Shown: positions 57,162 to 64,000 of the stretch, one piece after another
Layout: each line of letters opens with the position of its first letter
Position numbering within the stretch: the first letter of the stretch is position 1
Assembly (NCBI GenBank): GCA_030157865.1
Contig: JAOATY010000035.1
Coordinates: 13,356-77,355, forward strand
Length of the DNA: 64,000 nt
From: Candidatus Nanopelagicales bacterium
GTDB lineage: Bacteria; Actinomycetota; Actinomycetes; S36-B12; UBA5976
Reading direction: 5' to 3'
Position numbers and translations under genes: made by a program
Notes under the pieces: generated by a model
The model's database searches: none
Seen by the model: the letters and a program-made list of their open reading frames with translations, nothing else
What the model was told of the DNA's origin: nothing

Positions 57162-58267
57162 TCTTCATCCAAACTTGGTGGCGCTACGGCATAGCGAACT
57201 GGCGTTTGTGAAAACGTAATTGGGTTTGCAACCTGTTTACGCGCTTCGCCTTCTTGATTGATTGTGATGATCGGATTTAACTCCAAAGATTCAGCCAGAG
57301 CGAACGCTTCAGATATTGAATTGATTGGACCGCATGGAACTCCAGCACTTGAAAGTAGCTTCCACCAATGGTCAGCGCCATTACCTAGGAACTGCTTTAC
57401 CAATAACTCATTGAGCTCAACTCGATTAGCTACTCGATCAGGATTTGTTACGAACTTCGGATTGGATGAAACTTCCGGAATTCCAAGTTCTTGGCAAAGT
57501 TTTGCAAACTGACCATCGTTACCAACTGCCACAACAATTGGTCGATCTGATGTTTGGTAAACCTCGTAAGGACTAATTGATGGATGCGCATTTCCTAAAA
57601 TTCCAGGAACAACATCACCAGAAACAAATGAGCTTGCTTGATTCACCATGGCAGAAAGCAACGAAGACAAAAGGTTGACTTCGATTTGCTGACCTTCACC
57701 CGTAACGTTTCGGTGATTTAAGGCTGCTAACAATCCGATAGTGGCATGCATTCCAGTAATTACATCTACTAATGCAACGCCAACTTTTGTTGGTTCACCG
57801 GGCGCTGGACCGGTCACGCTCATCAAGCCACCCATGGCTTGAACTAACAAGTCATAGCCTGGCATTGCAGCCCCAACGCCTGATCCAAATCCAGTAATCG
57901 AACAATAGATAACGTCAGACTTCAAATTCTTTACGGACTCATAATTCAAACCAAACTTCTCACTGTTGCTTGGTGGGAAATTGTGAATGACGATGTCTGC
58001 CCGCTTAATAAGTTCATGGGCTTCTGCCAAACCAGCTGGGTTAGTCATGTCTATTGCAACGGATGTCTTGTTTCGATTTACCGACTCAAAGTAGGTAGCT
58101 CTGCCGGCAGCGTCATAAGGCGGACCCCAGTGGCGAGTATCGTCCCCAACTTCTGGGCGCTCCACCTTTATTACTGTGGCGCCCATATCGCCGAGCAACA
58201 TAGTTGCGTATGGGCCAGCCAAAACTCGAGTGAAATCGGCAACGACTATTCCGTCTAATGGACCCAT
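57158..58267 (-). CDS. family III CoA-transferase (CaiB/BaiF/Frc-like)
   Basis: N-terminus GPLDGIVVADFTRVLAGPYATMLLGDMGATVIKVE.P and a catalytic Asp region (GVALVDVITG). Confidence 0.85.
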   Translation of the reverse strand: MGPLDGIVVADFTRVLAGPYATMLLGDMGATVIKVERPEVGDDTRHWGPPYDAAGRATYFESVNRNKTSVAIDMTNPAGLAEAHELIKRADIVIHNFPPSNSEKFGLNYESVKNLKSDVIYCSITGFGSGVGAAMPGYDLLVQAMGGLMSVTGPAPGEPTKVGVALVDVITGMHATIGLLAALNHRNVTGEGQQIEVNLLSSLLSAMVNQASSFVSGDVVPGILGNAHPSISPYEVYQTSDRPIVVAVGNDGQFAKLCQELGIPEVSSNPKFVTNPDRVANRVELNELLVKQFLGNGADHWWKLLSSAGVPCGPINSISEAFALAESLELNPIITINQEGEARKQVANPITFSQTPVRYAVAPPSLDEE

Positions 58268-58318
58268 GTGAAGATTGTATCCAATCCTTGGAGCCTGATT
58301 GGAATGGCTTACCAGCCC

Positions 58319-59107
58319 TTAAATCTCTTTCAGCTCAACAGTTCTGCCGCGTTCACCAGGTTGGTCTGGCGTTGCAGGACGTCCTTTTGTGCGAACCGTG
58401 ATTCGAGTTCGATCACCACGAAATAGATCATGCGAAAACTCAATCTTTCGACCCTTGGTATCCATTGTGGTTCGAGTAACAGCGAGCAGCGGGGCACCTA
58501 ATTGAACCTCCAGAATTCTGGCTTCGTCCAAAGTGGCATTAACTAAGTCAATTTGCTCAACTGCTTCATCAGGAGTTGTCTCGTAGTGCTTGCTAAGCAA
58601 TTCATATAAAGAGTTACCAAGTGGTCGTTCTAACAGCCCTGGGAACATTTCTGCTGGAAATCTTGCATGCTCTAGAGAAATTGGAACGCTGTCAGCTAAG
58701 CGAATTCGAACTACGTCAAAAATATGTTCACCTTCGGCCAGTCCGAGGGCTTGCTGGGTCTTTGCATCGGCAGGCATAACGGACGCGCTTATCAATCTTG
58801 TCCCCGCAGTAAATCCTTGACCCCTAAGCAGCGACGGAACGCCGACAATCTGCGATAAATCGCGATCGATTTTTTCAGGTGACACGAAAGTGCCGCCGCC
58901 GCGACCAGGCAAGCGACGAACAACACCCGTCTCTTCAAGTGCCGTTAAGGCAATTCGCAAAGTAGAACGACTTACTTGATATTCACTTGCTAAGTCTCGT
59001 TCCGCACCAAGCTTTTGTCCGGCTCGCAATTGACCCGAACTAATCTGAGCCAAAATTCGCTGTCTAACTTCCTCAGCGGTGCGACCTAAGTCTTCGTTTG
59101 CGCTCAC
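58319..59107 (-). CDS. GntR family transcriptional regulator, HutC/UTRA subfamily
   Basis: wHTH (RDLASEYQVSRSTLRIALTALEETG) and a UTRA-like effector domain. It is the last gene of the microcompartment cluster. Confidence 0.8.
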   Translation of the reverse strand: MSANEDLGRTAEEVRQRILAQISSGQLRAGQKLGAERDLASEYQVSRSTLRIALTALEETGVVRRLPGRGGGTFVSPEKIDRDLSQIVGVPSLLRGQGFTAGTRLISASVMPADAKTQQALGLAEGEHIFDVVRIRLADSVPISLEHARFPAEMFPGLLERPLGNSLYELLSKHYETTPDEAVEQIDLVNATLDEARILEVQLGAPLLAVTRTTMDTKGRKIEFSHDLFRGDRTRITVRTKGRPATPDQPGERGRTVELKEI

Positions 59108-59131
59108 AACTCAACAGTAACTAGATAGCAG

Positions 59132-59914
59132 TTACATTGCTTCCAACGCAGCAAGTGATTCGGGAAGAATCTGGCCACCATCAATAACTAGGGCTTGCCC
59201 GGTAACGTATGCGGCTTCCTTTGTTGCAAAAAACAACGCTGCATTGCCAATGTCATCCACTTCACCCAAGCGCCCTTGTGGAACTGAAGCTTCCATGGCT
59301 TTGCGATATTCAGGACCCATATCCGCAAGTCCCTCAGTTGCAATGTTTCCCGGCAATACGGCGTTTACCGTAATTCCCTTAGGAGCTAATTCGATAGCAG
59401 CGGTGCGCATAAATCCAAGTTGCGCAGCTTTGCTGGCACCGTAATGGGACCATCCTGGAAAACCGGTTACTGGTCCAGTGATTGACGACGTCAAAACAAT
59501 TCGTCCATGACCTGATTTCTCTAACGCAGGTAAGCAAGCCTGAACAGAAAGCATGGTTCCTTTTACATTGGTTCCAAAAACCAAGTCCATGTCTGCTTCT
59601 GACATTGTCGCTAACTTGGAATCCGGGAAGATACCCGCATTGGCGCATAGAACATCGATACCACCATTACGTTCAATTGCTGTTTTGGCGACCATGTCAC
59701 AGTCAGACTTACTGCTTACTTCAGCGAGCACATAAGTGACGGTTCCACCACCAAGTGCAGTCAACTCAGCACAGGCCGATTGAGCGCTGGCCTCATCGCG
59801 ACCCGTGATCAACACATTTGCTCCAGCTCTTGCAAAGACTCTGGCGATACCTTTGCCGATGCCTTTAGTTCCGCCCGTAACAACAACGGAATATCCATTA
59901 ACTGAAGTAAACAT
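59132..59914 (-). CDS. short-chain dehydrogenase/reductase (candidate amino-alcohol / aminoacetone oxidoreductase)
   Basis: [12 protein letters not shown] (TGxxxGxG), NAG, catalytic YGASKAA. The substrate is inferred only from the BMC context. Confidence 0.8.
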   Translation of the reverse strand: MFTSVNGYSVVVTGGTKGIGKGIARVFARAGANVLITGRDEASAQSACAELTALGGGTVTYVLAEVSSKSDCDMVAKTAIERNGGIDVLCANAGIFPDSKLATMSEADMDLVFGTNVKGTMLSVQACLPALEKSGHGRIVLTSSITGPVTGFPGWSHYGASKAAQLGFMRTAAIELAPKGITVNAVLPGNIATEGLADMGPEYRKAMEASVPQGRLGEVDDIGNAALFFATKEAAYVTGQALVIDGGQILPESLAALEAM

Positions 59915-59957
59915 TTTCTCTCCTAGTTTCCTAATGAGGTATTTCAGGTTCTTCTAA

Positions 59958-60947
59958 TTATGCAAACTTTGACAGATAGTTTTCGGCCAATTCGCAACTT
60001 ACTTTGGTGAAGTTAGCGCCCATTTCTTTACCGGTGTCAGTGTCCTGATGCGACCCAACCCACGCCACCAACAGCAAACGTCTAAACATTATGAATGTTG
60101 GAAGTTCTGCTTCTTCTTCCTTGCTTAAATCGGCAACACTTCGATAGCCCTCGACCCATGAAGCAGTCATATCTGGAATCAATGGGTGATCTTCGATGAA
60201 GGAAACAGATGAACCTAAGTCATACATGAACCAACTAAACCCACAGTCATCAAAATCGATAACGGTTACGTCTTTTTCAGAAACTAAGAGATTTGCAAGT
60301 CTCATGTCGGCATGAACTAAACCAAAACGATCTTTTGATTTTCCAAAATTCTCTAATCGAACACTTAAAGTATCGGAAAGCCGACCTAGGATCTCTAATT
60401 CACTTGGACCCATCGCAAGACCATCACGCCAAGAGCCCCAGTGGCCATTTGGACCAAGTGCAGTTTCAAAGTCCCAAGTGAATCTTGAGAAGTTTTTTGG
60501 ACGTTCCCATTGTTTGGCGTGATCATGCAAGCGACCAGTTATCGCGCCAAGTGTTTTAAAGTCGTCCACTAATCGATCCTCGGTCGGCTCGACTCCTGGC
60601 ATGAATTCGAACATGACAGCATGGCGTTCTTCACCAGTGGCATCTTGCGCCAGAATCACTTGCTCGCCTGAGCCTGCTGGCAGGATTGCCGGAGTTCTAA
60701 CAAGCTGAACTTCCCGCAATGCCTGCACCCAATCCAACTCACTCTGAATTGCTTGTGCTGTGTGATAAAACGGTCGATGAATTCGCAGAATAGTGTCAGT
60801 ACCGGTACTGCTATCCGTGACTTTGAATGTCGCATTCTCCGAAATATTCAAAAGCGAAATTTTCGAGTCAGGCGAGTAACCAAATTTTGCGACTGCATCT
60901 TGAGCAAACTCATGCAGCTTCGCAGGTTCGTTCGAATACCCACTCAT
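59958..60947 (-). CDS. APH/choline-kinase-fold phosphotransferase (candidate 1-amino-2-propanol kinase)
   Basis: Brenner motif HADMRLANLL and the Mg-binding IDFDD. The function is inferred from synteny with RMM-type microcompartment loci. Confidence 0.78.
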   Translation of the reverse strand: MSGYSNEPAKLHEFAQDAVAKFGYSPDSKISLLNISENATFKVTDSSTGTDTILRIHRPFYHTAQAIQSELDWVQALREVQLVRTPAILPAGSGEQVILAQDATGEERHAVMFEFMPGVEPTEDRLVDDFKTLGAITGRLHDHAKQWERPKNFSRFTWDFETALGPNGHWGSWRDGLAMGPSELEILGRLSDTLSVRLENFGKSKDRFGLVHADMRLANLLVSEKDVTVIDFDDCGFSWFMYDLGSSVSFIEDHPLIPDMTASWVEGYRSVADLSKEEEAELPTFIMFRRLLLVAWVGSHQDTDTGKEMGANFTKVSCELAENYLSKFA

Positions 60948-61021
60948 TTAACTCTCCTACCGACATCCTTATTTTGGCTTAGTTGCCAATATCTTTTGCC
61001 ACTTTTGGGGAAGAAAAATGC

Positions 61022-61678
61022 TTATCCTTGGTCTCGCCCAACCACAGCTTCAAGTGCCTGCGTAATTGCATCGCGTGCCTTTGTGACACTTTCAGTTGAT
61101 CCGCTCATGTAAACGCGACCAGCTGCGCCAATCATTTGCACATCTACAAGAGTTACGTCAGGAGCAACTTTTTCAGCTTCGTTCGCCGCAACTGTGGCAA
61201 AAAGTGCTGGGGTCATTTCATAAACCAACAGAGACTCGCCTGGCATAACCATCGACGCTTGACGATTTCGATTAAGAATGATCGCGTGCTGATCGGTTAT
61301 GTTCTCGATGATGTCGCTGTAAAGAATGCGAGGACGCAATTGATCGGATGCAGAGGCATTTATTCCGTCAAGAATCGCCTGACCAGCTCGTTTGACTAAT
61401 TCGATATCGGAAGCGTGAACTTCCAAGACCCCGAATTGGCGTTCTACGAACAAAATGCCAGGTTCAACTTCAGGTACCGACTTAAGCGCCAAGTCAATTA
61501 CTCGCTCGATCGCAAGCCCGGGTGCCACCTCAATGATCAACGAGTGCTGACCACCGTAAGGAGGGTAACCACGGGCTCGCGTCGGCGTGCTCATGTAAGC
61601 AGCGAATTGCTGCTGGAGCTCTTCAACAAGCAAGTAGACGCGTAGTTCGGGCCCTGCTACGAGCGGGCCCGTACTCAC
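61022..61678 (-). CDS. tandem-BMC-domain shell protein (BMC-T-like), paralog 1
   Basis: 218 aa with two BMC-like halves (IIEVAPGLAIERVIDLALKS... and VYEMTPALFATVAANEAEKVA...). It is a paralog of 62799-63398. GTG start in a GTGA overlap with the BMC-H stop. Confidence 0.8.
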   Translation of the reverse strand: MSTGPLVAGPELRVYLLVEELQQQFAAYMSTPTRARGYPPYGGQHSLIIEVAPGLAIERVIDLALKSVPEVEPGILFVERQFGVLEVHASDIELVKRAGQAILDGINASASDQLRPRILYSDIIENITDQHAIILNRNRQASMVMPGESLLVYEMTPALFATVAANEAEKVAPDVTLVDVQMIGAAGRVYMSGSTESVTKARDAITQALEAVVGRDQG

Positions 61679-61959
61679 GCGGACTCGCCTACTTTAAAGA
61701 ACTTGTTTAGTTCTGCGTGCGGACGTGGAATTACGTGCTGTGAAACTAGTTCGCCAACCTGGTTAACTGCTTCAGCGCCTGCATCAGTAGCAGCCTTAAC
61801 TGCGCCGACATCGCCCACGATGACTACAGCTACAAGGCCGTCGCCAACTTCTTCACGCGCAACAATAGTTACATTGGCTGCCTTAACCATGGCATCTGCA
61901 GCAGCAACAGCAGCTACATATCCCTTAGTCTCGATCAAGCCCAGTGCGTTGCTTGACAT
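61675..61959 (-). CDS. BMC-H hexameric shell protein (PF00936 type, PduA/EutM-like)
   Basis: ALGLIETKGYVAAVAAADAMVKAANV ... GDVGAVKAATDAG ... GELVSQHVIPRPH, a canonical BMC domain. Strong SD AGGAGA. Confidence 0.92.
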   Translation of the reverse strand: MSSNALGLIETKGYVAAVAAADAMVKAANVTIVAREEVGDGLVAVVIVGDVGAVKAATDAGAEAVNQVGELVSQHVIPRPHAELNKFFKVGESA

Positions 61960-62041
61960 AACTTTCTCCTACTTTGTGATTGCGAACGGTTGTCCGCTTT
62001 CGGGTATTGCATTTTCATAACCTGATCTCTCAGGCTCTGTA

Positions 62042-62311
62042 CTAGGAAGCGCTGTGCTTCCCAGAACTCTTAGTGTTCTCATCGATTGATCCAATGATGA
62101 GAGCGTCAATTGGTGGTGTAACATCTGGGAACCAAGAGGCTGCGACCGAGCCAGTTGAAACCAAAACGCTTTCGCCAATTCCGGAACCTAGAACGTCAAA
62201 GGCAACTAAATGTGCGCCACCTTCAACTTCGACTTCGAGAAAAGCCCCATTGGGAATCTCGGTTAGACGACGGGTCGCCCATACATTGCCGATGACTCGC
62301 GCTTTTAACAT
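62042..62311 (-). CDS. BMC-P pentameric vertex protein (EutN/CcmL family)
   Basis: 89 aa: MLKARVIGNVWATRR ... LVAFDVLGSGIGESVLVSTGS.A, a typical EutN/CcmL pattern. Confidence 0.88.
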   Translation of the reverse strand: MLKARVIGNVWATRRLTEIPNGAFLEVEVEGGAHLVAFDVLGSGIGESVLVSTGSVAASWFPDVTPPIDALIIGSIDENTKSSGKHSAS

Positions 62312-62799
62312 CAGCGCATCACCGATCCCTTCTGATTGTCTTGTTGACCTTCTCTAATAATCGTTACCCCTAGATCGCGAGCTTTATCGCGCGCTAATGA
62401 TGTAACGACTACCTTTCGAGCCACGATCAAAGTTGATCCTGACTCGGCAGCTTTTCTGATTGTTGATTCGGTTACGGCACCTTTATCAATACGTGTTGTT
62501 CCTGAATCTTGCTTCGAGTTTGCAACGGATCCATTGCCTAACTGAAAAACAAGTTCTCCTTGGCGCATAGCATTTAGCGTTTTTGCGTCTGTCGCCAAAT
62601 CAAGAATGCGATTTACAAAGTTAGTGACATCTAAATTGCTTCCTAGAGATACAACTTCAATTACCTGAGCCGGCTTTGATGATTGTTGAGTTTGACTAGA
62701 AAGCGCTTGTGCAGCACCGCGGATGCCATCGGGACCACCAAGGGCATCGCGTAATGCTTCGCGCACTAGCGATCTCAACATTTCATTATCAGTTGACAT
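62311..62799 (-). CDS. microcompartment-associated protein of unknown function with N-terminal encapsulation-peptide-like helix
   Basis: 162 aa with an amphipathic NEMLRSLVREALRDAL, a Q/S-rich linker and then a ~110-aa domain. It shares 1-nt overlaps with both flanking shell genes. Confidence 0.6.
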   Translation of the reverse strand: MSTDNEMLRSLVREALRDALGGPDGIRGAAQALSSQTQQSSKPAQVIEVVSLGSNLDVTNFVNRILDLATDAKTLNAMRQGELVFQLGNGSVANSKQDSGTTRIDKGAVTESTIRKAAESGSTLIVARKVVVTSLARDKARDLGVTIIREGQQDNQKGSVMR

Positions 62800-63398
62800 T
62801 AACGTTCACTCAAAACCTTTTCAGCAACTTCTGCTGCAGCGCGAACGTTGGCTTCTTTGCCCGACAGATAAACGCGGCCAGTGGCGCCGATCATTCGGTA
62901 GTCAACAACCTTTACATCAGTTGCCTTCTCCGCTTCATTGGTTGCCAAGATTGCGTATGACGCAGGCTGAACTTCCAAAATGTATAGGGACTCGCCAGGC
63001 AAAATCATGGATCCAACTTTGTTCCTATTGATAAGGAATGCGTGCTGCTGATCGACAGACGGCACAACTCGAGATGCCAAGATTTTGGGTTTTGTTGCTT
63101 CGGCTTCGGTAGCACCTAAAGCAGCTAGAACGGCTTGTCCGGCAGCGCGAACTTCTTCAGTTGGTCCATGAATTTCTAAATAACCAAAAGTTCTTTCAAC
63201 AAAAAGAATTCCGGCTTGGACGTTTGCATGCTTTAGCGCGACGTCAGTAAGCGCCTCAATGTCAAGACCAGGGGCAACTTCAATAACTTGCGCTGCCATA
63301 TTTGCGCGCGGCAAAGCTCCCTTAACCCATGAACCTAGGTAGCACATGGTTTGTGGTTGCATTTGGTCGATGTAGATGAACGACCGTAGCTCTGCCAT
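62799..63398 (-). CDS. tandem-BMC-domain shell protein (BMC-T-like), paralog 2
   Basis: 199 aa: VIEVAPGLDIEALTDVALKHANV..., and a second half ILEVQPASYAILATNEAEKATDV... Confidence 0.8.
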   Translation of the reverse strand: MAELRSFIYIDQMQPQTMCYLGSWVKGALPRANMAAQVIEVAPGLDIEALTDVALKHANVQAGILFVERTFGYLEIHGPTEEVRAAGQAVLAALGATEAEATKPKILASRVVPSVDQQHAFLINRNKVGSMILPGESLYILEVQPASYAILATNEAEKATDVKVVDYRMIGATGRVYLSGKEANVRAAAEVAEKVLSER

Positions 63399-63415
63399 TT
63401 GTATCTCTTCTCTAG

Positions 63416-64000
63416 TTAGTTCTTGATCAATGCGTGAAGTTCTTCAACAATTAACTTGCGTATTTCGTCTCTTAGTTCAGCTACATCTTGCGTAATTGGT
63501 TCGCGACGAATACTTGTGCTTCCAAAGCCATAGTTTTCTTCGTTAGAAGCAACTGGATAAGAAGGTACTGGTCCGGTTGGACTTGACCACGGATTTAGTC
63601 CCGCATACGACGGCATAACTTCTCGTGCATCAGCGTTATATGCCAAGCGGGTGTAGTTGATCAAATGCTTAGGCTGCAAATTCTCGCCAACCGAAGAGCG
63701 ACCAGCAAAACCGGTTCCGATAGTCATAGTTGGAGCCAGGTTCGTTTGAATTCCAGAAGCGCCAAGGCTGTTGCCAACATTTACAGAAACTCGAAGAACT
63801 GGAACTGCTGCACTGAACATCATTATCAATTCAGGATTAGCGCTGTGGATTGCAGCTGAGTGACCAGCACCAGTTATGCGCAATACCGCACGGGCAATAT
63901 CAATTCCTCGTGTTGCAGTTGGCACTCGAACGAAACCTAATACCGGACATAGCTTTTCGTGAGCTAAAGGTTCTTCAGGTACAACTAAATCAAATGGCGC
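63416..64000 (-). CDS. aldehyde dehydrogenase (EutE/PduP-like, probably CoA-acylating), C-terminal part; 5' end outside window
   Basis: The frame stays open to the window edge (APFDLVVPEEPLAHEKLCPVLGFVRVP precedes the listed GTG). It has an ALDH C-terminal region plus a linker and a terminal amphipathic helix DVAELRDEIRKLIVEELHALIKN. Confidence 0.82.
   Translation of the reverse strand, partial: APFDLVVPEEPLAHEKLCPVLGFVRVPTATRGIDIARAVLRITGAGHSAAIHSANPELIMMFSAAVPVLRVSVNVGNSLGASGIQTNLAPTMTIGTGFAGRSSVGENLQPKHLINYTRLAYNADAREVMPSYAGLNPWSSPTGPVPSYPVASNEENYGFGSTSIRREPITQDVAELRDEIRKLIVEELHALIKN

Overview
This window looks like an actinobacterial chromosome segment. GC appears moderately low for the phylum, roughly 45-50% by eye, not computed. 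I call 67 CDS, 59 of them on the minus strand, and many start/stop codons overlap.

Most of the window is conserved housekeeping backbone. The gene order matches what I recall of the Mycobacterium tuberculosis Rv3009c-Rv3029c and Rv1292-Rv1324 blocks:
- ppdK (partial), ilvD, gatCAB, ligA, mnmA and a cysteine desulfurase
- etfBA and an acyl-CoA / methylmalonyl-pathway cluster
- murA and a PduO-type adenosyltransferase
- the full atpBEFHAGDC operon, wecA, glyA, tsaC, prmC, prfA and rpmE
- rho, thrB, thrC, hom, lysA and argS

Short accessory insertions interrupt this backbone:
- 24.4-28.7 kb: a Gly/Met/His-rich membrane protein, a nucleoside hydrolase, a ribokinase and an S8 protease.
- 42.1-47.1 kb: a Sec-signal protein with RTX repeats, kynureninase, a DUF4389 protein and an M14 peptidase.
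- Two single-gene inserts, at 40.4 kb and 52.4 kb.

The standout is at 58.3-64.0 kb, running off the right edge. It is a bacterial microcompartment operon with one BMC-H, one BMC-P and two tandem-BMC shell genes. It also encodes an unknown protein and an aldehyde dehydrogenase that both carry encapsulation-peptide-like helices, an APH-fold kinase, an SDR and a GntR regulator. This resembles the RMM / aminoacetone-utilisation type.

I recognised no rRNA, tRNA, CRISPR array, transposase or integrase. Intergenic regions were scanned by eye only.
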